Assembly: GCA_965214605.1 (NCBI GenBank)
Contig: OZ243961.1
Location: 1,472,001 to 1,536,000 of the forward strand
Direction of reading: 5' to 3'
DNA from: an uncultured Candidatus Binatia bacterium
GTDB taxonomy: Bacteria; Desulfobacterota; Binatia; Bin18
DNA: 64,000 nucleotides
Shown: positions 51,713-61,853 of the stretch, one piece after another
How the letters are laid out: every line of letters starts with the position of its first letter
Position numbering within the stretch: position 1 is the stretch's first letter
Made by a program: the position numbers and the translations under genes
The notes under the pieces: generated by a model
The model's database searches: none
What the model saw: only the letters and a program-made list of their open reading frames with translations
What the model was told of the DNA's origin: nothing

Positions 51713-52438
51713 CTATTGCGATGGGCGGCTGGTAGAGCGGACCGCCCGAACAATCTGAGCTACTCCGCCGCCCACCCGCTGTTTGCTAACCCGTTCAAAT
51801 CCGACGCTCTCGATCAAGCGCTTCAATTCCTGACTATTAGGCAGATAGGAGACTGAGCGTGGCAGGTACGCATATGCCGCAGCATCCGATAGCAGGGCTC
51901 CCAGCCGAGGCACAATACGATTGAAATAGATGGAATGGGTCTGCTGCATCACCCAGTTGGTGGGCGTATCGACCTCTATCAAGATCAGCCGTCCGCCGGT
52001 CTGGAGCACCCGCGCGGACTCGGCCAGAACAGCCGAAATCGACACGAAATTGCGCAGCGCAAAGCCCGACACCACCGCGCTGGCCCAGGCTGACGGAAAG
52101 GGCAACAGACCGGCGTCGGACTGCACCCAGTCGGCCCTGATACGACGTCGACGCGCACAGGCTAACATTTGTGCAGCAAAATCAACCCCAACCACCCAGG
52201 CTCCCGTCCGACTGGCCAGAGCGCTGAGGTCTCCCGTCCCACAACCCAGATCAATGACCCGGTCACCGACCCCAAGCTCGGCTGCCCGCACGGCCCTCCG
52301 CCGCCAGCCCTGGTCCAGCCACAGCGAGATCAAACGGTTTAGGACGTCGTAGCGCGGAGCGATTCGGTCGAACATAGCGCGGACGACGGCCGCTTTTTCG
52401 GCGTTGTTGGGGAGCAGCGCGCCGGGCCGATCTTTCAT
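51713..52438 (-). CDS. ubiE: Ubiquinone/menaquinone biosynthesis C-methyltransferase (UbiE/MenG)
   Basis: MFDRIAPRYD.LN...S...D..WR, DLGCGTGD, GFALRN, AY.YLP.S. Confidence 0.85.
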   Translation of the reverse strand: MKDRPGALLPNNAEKAAVVRAMFDRIAPRYDVLNRLISLWLDQGWRRRAVRAAELGVGDRVIDLGCGTGDLSALASRTGAWVVGVDFAAQMLACARRRRIRADWVQSDAGLLPFPSAWASAVVSGFALRNFVSISAVLAESARVLQTGGRLILIEVDTPTNWVMQQTHSIYFNRIVPRLGALLSDAAAYAYLPRSVSYLPNSQELKRLIESVGFERVSKQRVGGGVAQIVRAVRSTSRPSQ

Positions 52439-52458
52439 AGGTCCATAACACCCCCACC

Positions 52459-54210
52459 TTAGGGAATCACCGGCAGGACAATATGGGAGCGAAACTCCCG
52501 ATTATGGAAAACTGTTTGCTGGGCCGTCTGAAACGTCGTTCCTGTAGCTTGATCTCCGCCTGTGTTGAGGTTGCGGTCAAAGCGCGGAAAATTGCTCGAC
52601 GCAATGTCAAGTCGCAGCCGATGGCCGGGTAAAAAGACATGGCTGGTCGCCCACAGGTCAATGCTCAATTCGGTTGGCTGGCCAGGTGACAGAAGTTTAG
52701 GTGTTGTCCGCGACTCACGGTAGCGGGCCCGCACGATGCCGTCGGCAATATTCTGCGCATAGCCATCGGGTCTCACGTCAACCAGCTTGGCCGTAAAGTC
52801 GGTATCGGGTGCTGACGAAGCGGCGTACAACACGACTTTGAGCGGGCCGGTGACTTCTAGAGGCTTGTCCAGCGGCGCTCCGGTATAGACTAAGACGTCT
52901 TGGCGGCTTTCGACCTGACGCTGGTCGGCCACGCCGACCGGAATGACCAGCGTATTACCCCCACAGGTGGGGACCGGATCGGCTGGGTCGTAGCGGAAGT
53001 GGTCGACGGCCTCCTCAGCCGGGGGATCAGGGCTGAGGAGGCCGTCACCACGTAGACTGTTGGCCTGCCCCGCACTGTGCAAATAGTACGGTATATAGGT
53101 GGTCCGGGCCAGCGGCCACTCGTACTCGTCACGCCACTGGTTAGTACCCATCACAAACAGACGAATCGGAGCTTCCTCAGAAATACCAGTGTCCATACCC
53201 TTCAGCCAGTAGTCAAACCAGCGCAACTGTATGTCATGCAGCTCAATGGACGCGTTGGGCCCAAAATCAATGTCACCGGTTCCGCCACTTATCGGTGTCG
53301 TATAAGGAAACAGGTGTGCCCAGGGACCGATTAACAGCTTTTGTCCGCCACGTGCCTGAGGGGTCATGGCTCTGGATCGCAGGCCGCAGAAATGGACGAA
53401 GGCGTCGCGCAAGAAAATATCGTACCACGAGCTGACATGGTACATTGGGATATTGATATTGTGGTGCTGGCGTTCGACATTGATCGCCCACCAGTACGGC
53501 CCGTCCTCGGGATGGGCCAGATAATCGCGCAAATACGGCGCCACATCGCGTAAGGTATCGGCCCAGTCCATCAACGGTAGACGGCGGTAAGCCTCGGGCG
53601 TCAAGGGATTACCAAAATTGATCGACCGCTCTAGATTGGGCCGAATGTGGGGCCACAGCTCCTCCTTAATGCCTTTGCGGTCGATTGTATTGCGTGCCAA
53701 AAAAATAGCGTACGGCACCTGCCAACCCAGGGAAAACGCGCCTCCGGTGTGGTACACCCAACTCTGATGAAAATCGGCCGCAGCCGAGACCGGAAACGCG
53801 CAGCGCAGGTGGGGCGGTCGGGTCGGGGCCAGCTGATATTGGGTGGCGCCCAGATAGGACTGGCCCTGGGTACCAACCAGACCGTTGCTGCAGGGAAGAC
53901 TGGCTGCCCACTCGACCGTATCGTAGCCGTCTTGGGCTTCGTCAATCAGGGCGTAGTATTCACCTTCTGACTCAAACCGGCCGCGCCCGTCCTGGATGAT
54001 CACCACATAGCCGCGGGCCGGAAAATACTCGTGGTCGCCAAACAGTTCGGCCATGTGTTTGCCGTACGGCAACCGGAGCAAGATGACTGGAAAGCGCCCC
54101 TCAGCATCGGGCCGGTACACATCGGCATACAGCTTGGTGCCGTCCCGCATAGTGGCAGCAACCTTTTTTTCGGTTCGGATAGCGTATTGTGGACGACTAC
54201 CGTGCGGCAT
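52459..54210 (-). CDS. CocE/NonD family serine hydrolase
   Basis: MRDGTKL.ADVYRP, QDGRGRFESEG, GQSYLG nucleophile, IGPWAH, SSNFPRFDRN. Confidence 0.92.
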   Translation of the reverse strand: MPHGSRPQYAIRTEKKVAATMRDGTKLYADVYRPDAEGRFPVILLRLPYGKHMAELFGDHEYFPARGYVVIIQDGRGRFESEGEYYALIDEAQDGYDTVEWAASLPCSNGLVGTQGQSYLGATQYQLAPTRPPHLRCAFPVSAAADFHQSWVYHTGGAFSLGWQVPYAIFLARNTIDRKGIKEELWPHIRPNLERSINFGNPLTPEAYRRLPLMDWADTLRDVAPYLRDYLAHPEDGPYWWAINVERQHHNINIPMYHVSSWYDIFLRDAFVHFCGLRSRAMTPQARGGQKLLIGPWAHLFPYTTPISGGTGDIDFGPNASIELHDIQLRWFDYWLKGMDTGISEEAPIRLFVMGTNQWRDEYEWPLARTTYIPYYLHSAGQANSLRGDGLLSPDPPAEEAVDHFRYDPADPVPTCGGNTLVIPVGVADQRQVESRQDVLVYTGAPLDKPLEVTGPLKVVLYAASSAPDTDFTAKLVDVRPDGYAQNIADGIVRARYRESRTTPKLLSPGQPTELSIDLWATSHVFLPGHRLRLDIASSNFPRFDRNLNTGGDQATGTTFQTAQQTVFHNREFRSHIVLPVIP

Positions 54211-54417
54211 AAACCCCTCCTTATCTTTACTGTCTGTTATAGAAGCCTGTCGGCCAAAAGGCAATCCAAATCTGGGCTGCTCACGCCTCCAGCCATCAGG
54301 CAGGAAACGGCCTTGTCGAGGTGCGGTCAAGAATGCTAGACACGCGGGAGAAAAAGAGAGCGTTAATGATCGCTCCCCATGCAGGAAGAGATAAACGCTA
54401 TCCTTAATGAGAATGCT

Positions 54418-54837
54418 ATGCACTACTGGCTAGTCAAATCGGAACCGTATAAATACTCATGGGACCAATTCTGCCAAGATGGCTCAACCTACTGGGACGG
54501 CGTGCGGAATTATCAGGCTCGCAATAATCTCCAGACCATGCAGATCGGCGATCAGGTCTTGTACTATCACAGCAACAGAGAGCTAGCCGTGGTCGGGGTG
54601 GCTCGCGTCACCAGAGAAGCCTACCAGGATCCAACCACTGACGATGAGCGTTGGGTAGTGGTCGATCTGGAGCCGGTCCAAGCCTTAGCCCGGCCTGTCA
54701 CCCTGCGTGAGATCAAACAGGACACTCGCTTGCAGGACATCGGCCTGATCAAGCAGAGCCGGCTGTCGGTAATGCCGGTGAGCAAAAAGGAATTTGACCT
54801 GATTGTCAAAAAGGGCCAGCCAATCCGAAAAGCATGA
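54418..54837 (+). CDS. EVE domain protein
   Basis: YWLVKSEP, WDGVRNYQARN, YYHS, RLSVMPV. Confidence 0.92.
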   Translation: MHYWLVKSEPYKYSWDQFCQDGSTYWDGVRNYQARNNLQTMQIGDQVLYYHSNRELAVVGVARVTREAYQDPTTDDERWVVVDLEPVQALARPVTLREIKQDTRLQDIGLIKQSRLSVMPVSKKEFDLIVKKGQPIRKA

Positions 54838-55409
54838 CCCATATTCAGCATCGACAAGACCACCCGTCACCGACGCTTACAGCACTTCTGGACGAGCAGA
54901 CTTTGGTTCACCACAAAATCGAGCTCCTGCATAAGGCGAGTGCAACCTCACATATGCTTCAGCAGTTTGGGCGCTGCTGACACAGATTTCCCCTGTTGCT
55001 ACCGCTCCAGGCGTCCGAGATATCGAGGGCCACGGGCCAAGGGCGGGTATCAGCAGATCAGGGTTTTGACAGTGCCGTGAACAAAGTGTTCCCCGCTCGC
55101 TTTCCCTTGTTGTCCGCGTCTCAGTTCTAACCGAATCCGCCGCACCTCACCAAAACCACGTGCAGCATACAACAAAAAGGGGACGAGACCACCGCCGGAC
55201 TCGCGCCCTTGCTCGGCTAGCGGTGATAGTCTGAGCGCGCGCGTCTGATCAGAGAGGTTGCTGAGCAAGGGTGCCGCAGAGCTGGGGACACCAGATGCGG
55301 CCAGAAGGACAAACTCAACGAGGGGTGCCGTGCGCCCGTTGCCCTCCCCGCATGGATGTATCCCTGTAATGCAGGTGGGCTAAAACCGCACGGATAAGGG
55401 TATCAATCA

Positions 55410-55857
55410 CTTCCTGGTCTGCTTGGTCCGTCGGCAGCTGATTATTGAAGCGTTCTCGTAAATATCCAGAGGATTCACACGGCGCACCGTGATAGCATGC
55501 CGCGCTGACTCGATAGGTCGATATCTCTCCAGGGCAAACTCCCTCGTCAACTCTCCGTCCCCGTAAACACCCCTCAGTTGAACCTTATTCATGGTCTGCG
55601 GACTTACCGTCTGGCGTTCGCCTAGAGTCGAAACTGTCGAGAACGTTGTTACAGAATGTCGATGATGTTGTCGATCTCGTAGCCCAGATACTTCTGAGAA
55701 GCGGGCAGCTTAAGAGTACCCCGTCGAGGTATTGTCGCGCTTGGGCTTCAGACTGAGTGTTGCCTTTCGACAGATGGATATCGTGCAACTCATCAGCCGT
55801 GTCCGGGCTAAGCGGCAGAGCAGCTACGTACCCGGCAGTGTGAACGGGCTTCTCCAA
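55410..55857 (-). pseudogene. Possible ParE/RelE toxin remnant
   Basis: LSP...DEL.DI......SEAQARQYLDG and YENASII..RR resemble the ParE N- and C-terminal segments; broken over two ORFs. Confidence 0.35.
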
Positions 55858-56108
55858 GGAGGAGCCATGGCTCTAGGGTGAAAACGCATCTCCCAGCCGC
55901 GTCTTCCCGCATATCTTCTTCCTTGTCTCTCCCCATGCCACATCTCGAGAAACCTCTTTGGCTGTTAGTATCTTAGAAAAATTCTATCAAAGTAAGGATA
56001 CCGATTTTATCAACGAGACTGTCCAACATCCTGTCCTGTGTGTTCCCTGTCACTTGGCTTGACCCGCGGGGAGCAGTTCGCTAACTTCTGGGCTGAGGAG
56101 GGATCGCT

Positions 56109-56921
56109 ATGAGAGCGCCTCGGTCGTATCTAGCCGCAGCCGTCCAAATGACGGCGTCAACCTCAAAAGAAGAGAATCTGGCCAAGGCCGAAGCCTTTGT
56201 CCGCCTAGCGGCTGAACGGGGAGCGGCCTTTGTTGTCCTACCCGAGGTGTTTACCTGGCGCGGACCGCGCAGCCAAGAGACGGCCCAACTCGAATCCATC
56301 CCCGGTCCGACCTCAGAGCGTTTGGCCGAGTTGGCCCGCGGTCTGAGCGTTCATCTGCTGGCCGGCTCTTTTTTGGAAGAGACGACCGAACAACGCGCCT
56401 ATAACACCAGCCTGCTGTTCAGCCCAGCCGGGGAAATACTGGCGCAGTATCGCAAGATTCATCTGTTTGACATCGACCTGTCCGGTCAGGTCAGCATCAA
56501 GGAGTCTGACACCAAAAAACCAGGTCAAGACATCGTAACCGCCACAACTGAGCTGGGAACGGTCGGCTTGTCAATCTGTTACGATCTGCGCTTTCCCGAA
56601 CTGTACCGTCGGCTGGCCGATAAAGGTGCCGAACTTATCTGTGTGCCGGCTGCCTTCACCTTTCCAACCGGGGCAGCCCACTGGGAAGCCTTGCTGCGTG
56701 CCCGCGCAATTGAGAACCAGAGCTATCTCATTGCTCCCAACCAGATCGGCAAAAACGTCCACGGCTTTGCCGACTACGGCAACTCGATGATTATCGATCC
56801 GTGGGGCAAGATCCTGGCCCGGGCGCCGGACAAAGAAGGCTTGATTACGGCCGAGATTGACCGCGATTATCTGGAGAAAGTCAGAAGGGAGTTGCCATGC
56901 CTCGCGCATCGGCGGCTGTAG
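56109..56921 (+). CDS. Carbon-nitrogen hydrolase (Nit1/deaminated glutathione amidase-like)
   Basis: Catalytic triad motifs LPE, YRKIHLFD, ICYDLRFPE; HWE.LLRARAIENQ. Confidence 0.92.
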   Translation: MRAPRSYLAAAVQMTASTSKEENLAKAEAFVRLAAERGAAFVVLPEVFTWRGPRSQETAQLESIPGPTSERLAELARGLSVHLLAGSFLEETTEQRAYNTSLLFSPAGEILAQYRKIHLFDIDLSGQVSIKESDTKKPGQDIVTATTELGTVGLSICYDLRFPELYRRLADKGAELICVPAAFTFPTGAAHWEALLRARAIENQSYLIAPNQIGKNVHGFADYGNSMIIDPWGKILARAPDKEGLITAEIDRDYLEKVRRELPCLAHRRL

Positions 56922-58171
56922 CGCCCGCTCCGGTCAAAGCCTTTTTTCGGGTCGTTAGCTGTGCCGACGCCCAGGCTCAGCTGGCGGCTTTCGCCCCCCT
57001 GACCAAGAGCGAAACTATTTCGGTCTTAGATGCGGACGGGCGAGTCTTGGTCAAAGGTCTAAAGGCACCAGTGCATCTCCCTCATTTCAACCGGGCTAAT
57101 ATGGACGGCTACGCGCTACGGGCCCAAGATACGTTTGGCGCCTCGCCAAGTTTACCGACCTATCTCAAACTGCTCGGAGTGATCGAGATGGGCCAAGAGG
57201 CCAAACGACGGCTTAAAAAGGGCGAGACCATACGTATCTCGACCGGCGGCATGCTGCCGCCCGGTGCCAATGCAATGGTCATGGTCGAGTATACCGAAGA
57301 GATGGGCGACGGTACAATCGAAATCCAGCGCAGTGTCTCGCCGTGGGAGAACATCTTGCGGGTGGGCGAGGACATTAAAAAAGGCGCCTCAATTTTTTCA
57401 GCCGGCCGCCGTCTCCATGCCCAGGATATCGGGGCGCTGACCGGGGTCGGGATTACCAAGGTAGCGGTCTACCGGCGACCGCTAGTGGGCTTGATCTCAA
57501 CCGGGGACGAGATTATATCGCCTGAAAAAATCCCCAAGCCTGGTCAGGTTCGGAATGTGAACCAATATTCGCTGCGGGCGATGATTATCCAGGCTGGCGG
57601 AGATGTGTGTGACCTGGGCGTGGTCAAAGACGACCGCGCGGCGTTTGAGAAAGCCCTGGAGCAGGCTCTGAGAAAGGCCGATGTGGTAATGATCTCGGGC
57701 GGCAGCTCAGTCGGCACAAAAGACATGGCGGTCGAGGTGATCTGTTCCTTTCCCCGTTCCGAGCTATTCTTTCACGGTATTTCGATCGCCCCAGGAAAAC
57801 CAACCATCTTTGCCGCCGCGGCTGGCAAACCGGTCATGGGCCTGCCCGGGCACCCAGTTTCGGCACTGGTCGTTTTCTCGCTGTTTGGCATGCCGCTAGT
57901 CCGTATGATGGGTGGAGAAGCGGCCCAGGTCGCGTTCACCCCGGCCCGTACTATTCGCGCCCAGCTGAGCCAAAACATTCCGTCTGTCCCGGGTCGGGAA
58001 GACTATGCCCGGGTCACCATTAGCGGCAACAACGACAACCTGATGGCCGACCCCGTGCCCGGCAAATCGGGCGCTGTCTTCAGCCTCGTCCGTGCCGACG
58101 GCATGGTGCGTATTCCTCAGAACGAGGAGGGCAAAGAGGCGGGTGAAGAGGTGGAAGTCCTTCTATTTTAA
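56897..58171 (+). CDS. moeA: Molybdopterin molybdotransferase
   Basis: MDGYAL, ISTGG.LP.GA, ISTGDE, SGGSSVG, PGKPT, LPGHP. Confidence 0.92.
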   Translation: MPRASAAVAPAPVKAFFRVVSCADAQAQLAAFAPLTKSETISVLDADGRVLVKGLKAPVHLPHFNRANMDGYALRAQDTFGASPSLPTYLKLLGVIEMGQEAKRRLKKGETIRISTGGMLPPGANAMVMVEYTEEMGDGTIEIQRSVSPWENILRVGEDIKKGASIFSAGRRLHAQDIGALTGVGITKVAVYRRPLVGLISTGDEIISPEKIPKPGQVRNVNQYSLRAMIIQAGGDVCDLGVVKDDRAAFEKALEQALRKADVVMISGGSSVGTKDMAVEVICSFPRSELFFHGISIAPGKPTIFAAAAGKPVMGLPGHPVSALVVFSLFGMPLVRMMGGEAAQVAFTPARTIRAQLSQNIPSVPGREDYARVTISGNNDNLMADPVPGKSGAVFSLVRADGMVRIPQNEEGKEAGEEVEVLLF

Positions 58172-58174
58172 GCC

Positions 58175-60202
58175 ATGCCACAGCACCATCTCCACAAGTC
58201 AGACACCCCGGAGCGGAAACGCTATTTGCAAAAGAAACCGCTCGGGGAAGCTTTAGCGCTTCTCCTTAGCGCTGTTACGCCGTCGCAACGGGTAGAAAAG
58301 ATCGCGGTGGAGGACGCTCTCGGCCGCACTACGGCCCAACCTGTCTTTGCCGCACTGTCCGCTCCACACTACCACGGGGCGGCCATGGACGGCATTGCGG
58401 TGCGCGCCGAAGATACCTTCGGGGCAAGTGAGTTCTCGGCCGTGAGCCTGACCGCGGTCAAGTCCAACACCAAGCGGCTCAGTCCCAACCATGGACGACC
58501 GTTCCAATATGTAGATACCGGCAGCCCACTGCCAGCCTGGGCCAACTCGGTCATTATGATCGAGCGGGTGTTTAAAAAGAGCGAGACCGAGGTAGAGATT
58601 CGAGACGCCTCAACGCCCTGGCAACACGTCCGCCTGGTCGGCGAGGATATTGTCGCCACCGAACCGCTGCTGCCGCGCGGTCACACCCTGCGCCCGTATG
58701 ACCTCGGAGCCCTGCTCGCCGCCGGACATACCATCATTCCGGTCCTCGCCCGGCCAACGGTCGGGCTTATTCCGACCGGCTCGGAACTGATCGAACCAGG
58801 AGAGCCGGTCAAACCGGGCCGGATTATCGAGTTTAACTCTCGGGTGGCGGGGGCGTTTGTTGAAGAGTGGGGAGGCATGCCGCAGCGCCAGCCTCGGGTT
58901 GTAGATGAGCTGCCCAAGATTATCGGAGCGCTCAAAAAATCGATTGGAGACAATGACATCACCGTCATCATTGCCGGCTCTTCGGCTGGTGAGCACGATT
59001 TCACCTTGCGAGCCTTGGAATCACTGGGAGAGATCTTGGTTCATGGCATTGATATCATGCCCGGCAAACCGGCCATCTTAGCGGTCATCAAGGGTAAACC
59101 GGTGATTGGTCTGCCTGGCTACCCAGTGTCGGCAGTTGTCATTTGTCAGCAGATTCTTCATCCCCTGCTCGCCCATTTCCTCGGCCGACCGGCCCAAGGA
59201 CCGTCCAGACTGCGGGCCGTTTTACCACGTAAGGTCCCTTCACGGCTGGGCTTAGAAGAATTTGTGCGGGTCAGTCTGGGCAAAGTCGGCGAGCGATTGA
59301 TCGCTAATCCACTCGGCCGTGGGGCCGGGGTGATTACGACGATGGTGAAGGCCGATGGGGTACTGCGGATTCCCTCGCTCGATGAGGGTCTGAATGCCGG
59401 CCAGGAAGTGCCAATTGAGCTCTTACGTCCGGCCGAGGAGATTGCCAATACCATTCTATTCACCGGCAGCAATGATCTCACCATCGGCGTTCTTGACGAT
59501 CAGTTGCGGGGGCAGTATCCGGGGCTCAAGATCTCGGCCAGCAATGTTGGCTCGCTGGGCGGCTTAGTCGCTCTAAAACGCAGCGAAGCGCATATCATTG
59601 GCAGCCACCTGCTCGACCCGGCCAGCGGAACCTACAACTTGCCTGATCTCAAAAAGCTGAGGCTGACGTCCAAAGTTGTAGTGCTGAACCTGGTGATCCG
59701 CGAGCAGGGTCTAATCGTGCCCAAAGGCAATCCTAAAAAGCTGAGCGGCATCAAAGATCTAGCCTGCCAAAACCTGAGCTTTGTCAATCGCCAGCCCGGG
59801 GCCGGCACACGGGTTTTACTCGACTACAAACTGGCCAAGCTTGGCATCAAGCCGGACACGATTCAGGGCTACGAGCACGAAGAAGCTACCCACATGGCCG
59901 TGGCAGTTGCCGTTGCCAGCGGACTGGCCGACACCGGGCTGGGGGTCAAGTCAGCCGCCAAAGCCCTTGACCTGGACTTTATCCCGGTCGAGCACGAAGA
60001 CTATGACCTCATTTTTCTCAAAGACTTCTTCAACAGTACCACCGGCCAAAAACTGCTCGCGGTGATCCGCTCCGACGGCTTCAGACAGGCGGTCGAGCGC
60101 TTGGACGGCTATGACACGAGCAAGACCGGTCGCGTCAAAAGCCCAGCTCCAGGACAGACACGCAAAAAACCGGCGACCACAGCAACCAGGCGAAATGGCT
60201 AG
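58175..60202 (+). CDS. MoeA fused to a C-terminal periplasmic-binding-protein-like (molybdate-binding) domain
   Basis: AMDGIAV, PTGSEL, GSSAG, PGYPVS; then GSLGGL.AL, FVNRQ.GAGTR.LLD, H.AVA.AV.SG.AD.GLG. Confidence 0.9.
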   Translation: MPQHHLHKSDTPERKRYLQKKPLGEALALLLSAVTPSQRVEKIAVEDALGRTTAQPVFAALSAPHYHGAAMDGIAVRAEDTFGASEFSAVSLTAVKSNTKRLSPNHGRPFQYVDTGSPLPAWANSVIMIERVFKKSETEVEIRDASTPWQHVRLVGEDIVATEPLLPRGHTLRPYDLGALLAAGHTIIPVLARPTVGLIPTGSELIEPGEPVKPGRIIEFNSRVAGAFVEEWGGMPQRQPRVVDELPKIIGALKKSIGDNDITVIIAGSSAGEHDFTLRALESLGEILVHGIDIMPGKPAILAVIKGKPVIGLPGYPVSAVVICQQILHPLLAHFLGRPAQGPSRLRAVLPRKVPSRLGLEEFVRVSLGKVGERLIANPLGRGAGVITTMVKADGVLRIPSLDEGLNAGQEVPIELLRPAEEIANTILFTGSNDLTIGVLDDQLRGQYPGLKISASNVGSLGGLVALKRSEAHIIGSHLLDPASGTYNLPDLKKLRLTSKVVVLNLVIREQGLIVPKGNPKKLSGIKDLACQNLSFVNRQPGAGTRVLLDYKLAKLGIKPDTIQGYEHEEATHMAVAVAVASGLADTGLGVKSAAKALDLDFIPVEHEDYDLIFLKDFFNSTTGQKLLAVIRSDGFRQAVERLDGYDTSKTGRVKSPAPGQTRKKPATTATRRNG

Positions 60203-60232
60203 GGGCGGTTCCCCTTCCTCGTCCCCTCCCCC

Positions 60233-61447
60233 ATGATCGACTTCAACCCACCCACCCACGTCCAGACCGCAGTCAGTGCTATCAAACGTTTTATCGCTGA
60301 CGAACTCAAACCCATGGAGCGCGAGCTAGCCGACTATCTGACCAACGAACACCTCTATCTACAAGCCGACGGCCAGCTCGCTCCACTGATCTTATCGGCC
60401 CAACGGACCATTCGCAAAATGTCTGCCGAGCGGGGACTGTACGCCCTACATATGCCCACAGAGGTTGGCGGCGGTGGCTTCAGCCTGACCGACATGTTCT
60501 TTGTCCATGAGGCTGTCTATCAGCACGGCATAGGCCTCAGCCAGTGGATGCTGTCATGGACTGAGGGACCCAACCAGATGCAGATGTGGCTGAGCGAGGA
60601 GCAAAAGCAGCGCTACCTGCTGCCGCTCGTCCGGGGAGAGCAGACCGCGGCCTATGCCATTACCGAATATCGGGGGGGCTCGGACGTGCTAGGCATGCAA
60701 ACTCGAGCCGAGCGCTGCGGTGATGAGTGGACTATTCATGGCACCAAAGCCTATATCACCAACGCCCAGTATGCGGATCAGATCTTTGTCTGTGCGCTCA
60801 CCGACCCCGCTCAAGGCAGCTCGGGCGCAACCGCCTTTATCGTAGAGAATGACGCGCCGGGCCTCACCATCGGTCGCACCTATCGGACAATCATGGACGA
60901 CGGCATGACCGGCGAGCTGATGTTTGACGACTGCCGAGTACCGCTGGAAAACACTTGGGGACAAGAGGGCCAAGGTTTTTACCTCAGCATGGGGATGATC
61001 AACTGGATTCGCGTCCGCCGGGGCGGTATGTGTAGTGGTCTGGGCCAATACTTACTTGATCGGTGTATCGACTACGCCAAAAACCGCCAGGCTTTTGGCG
61101 GCTCGCTGAGCCGTTTCCAAGCCTTACAGTGGATGATAGTCGATTCCTATCTCGACGTACAGGCGATGCGAAGCATGTCCTTGCGCAGTCTGTGGGAAGC
61201 TGACCAGGGCAACCTGTGGGCGCTGAAGGTTGATCCGCGACTCATTCAGACCGTGTGTGGCTTAAAAGTCTTCTGTGATGAGGCGCTCTACCGGGTCGCC
61301 GATCGGGCGGTGCAGCTGCACGGCGCCTACGGCCTGAGCAAAGATTCGGGTATTGAAAAGATTTTTCGGATCGCCCGTAACTTACGCATTCCAGGCGGAA
61401 CGGACGAGATTCAGCGGGTGAATATCGCCAAATCTCTAGGTTTGTGA
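60233..61447 (+). CDS. Acyl-CoA dehydrogenase family protein
   Basis: AITE..GGSD, GTKAYITNA, RQAFG..L..FQ..Q, AVQLHGAYG, I.GGTDEIQR. Confidence 0.92.
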   Translation: MIDFNPPTHVQTAVSAIKRFIADELKPMERELADYLTNEHLYLQADGQLAPLILSAQRTIRKMSAERGLYALHMPTEVGGGGFSLTDMFFVHEAVYQHGIGLSQWMLSWTEGPNQMQMWLSEEQKQRYLLPLVRGEQTAAYAITEYRGGSDVLGMQTRAERCGDEWTIHGTKAYITNAQYADQIFVCALTDPAQGSSGATAFIVENDAPGLTIGRTYRTIMDDGMTGELMFDDCRVPLENTWGQEGQGFYLSMGMINWIRVRRGGMCSGLGQYLLDRCIDYAKNRQAFGGSLSRFQALQWMIVDSYLDVQAMRSMSLRSLWEADQGNLWALKVDPRLIQTVCGLKVFCDEALYRVADRAVQLHGAYGLSKDSGIEKIFRIARNLRIPGGTDEIQRVNIAKSLGL

Positions 61448-61476
61448 GGAAAGAGAGCGATGGACAGAGTTCACCA

Positions 61477-61760
61477 TGAATAGAGAGGACTGGCTCCCTG
61501 AAAGTTGTCGAATACTCCGACGAGGATCAATGCTATATCGGGAGAGCTCCCGGTGTCATGCTGGGCGGCGGAGTGCGTGACTAGGACGATGCCCAAGGTA
61601 GACGCCAAGTGATGCGAAAAGTAGAGGCAGATCTAGGCAGCCGATAGTGACCCCCTCCCGTTCGAGACCGCGAACAAGGCGTATTCAGACAAATTCAACC
61701 TGCGGGTAGGCAAACACGAACGGCTAGCGATCACTGCCTGCAAATCCGATCAGATCCTGC
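61477..61760 (+). pseudogene. hicB: HicB-family antitoxin remnant (with RHH domain)
   Basis: LKVVEYSDEDQCYIGRAPGVMLGG...DPLP....KAYSDKFNLRVG..HERLAI with stop and frameshifts; no hicA seen. Confidence 0.7.
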
Positions 61761-61818
61761 ACTTCTTTTGTGTCAAAGTTCTTGACAGAGAAACTGACCG
61801 TCAGCTCTCTCCGCCACC

Positions 61819-61846
61819 TTGACAATCTTTTCTCCCACCCCATACT
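61819..61846 (+). promoter_or_regulatory. Sigma-70-like promoter TTGACA-N16-CATACT
   Basis: Consensus -35 and near-consensus -10, ending 7 bp before ATG 61854. Confidence 0.45.
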
Positions 61847-61853
61847 GCGTTCG

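Noticed and set aside
55330-55405. Possible riboswitch or structured RNA
   Set aside because: No family consensus could be matched by eye; an Rfam/Infernal scan would be needed.
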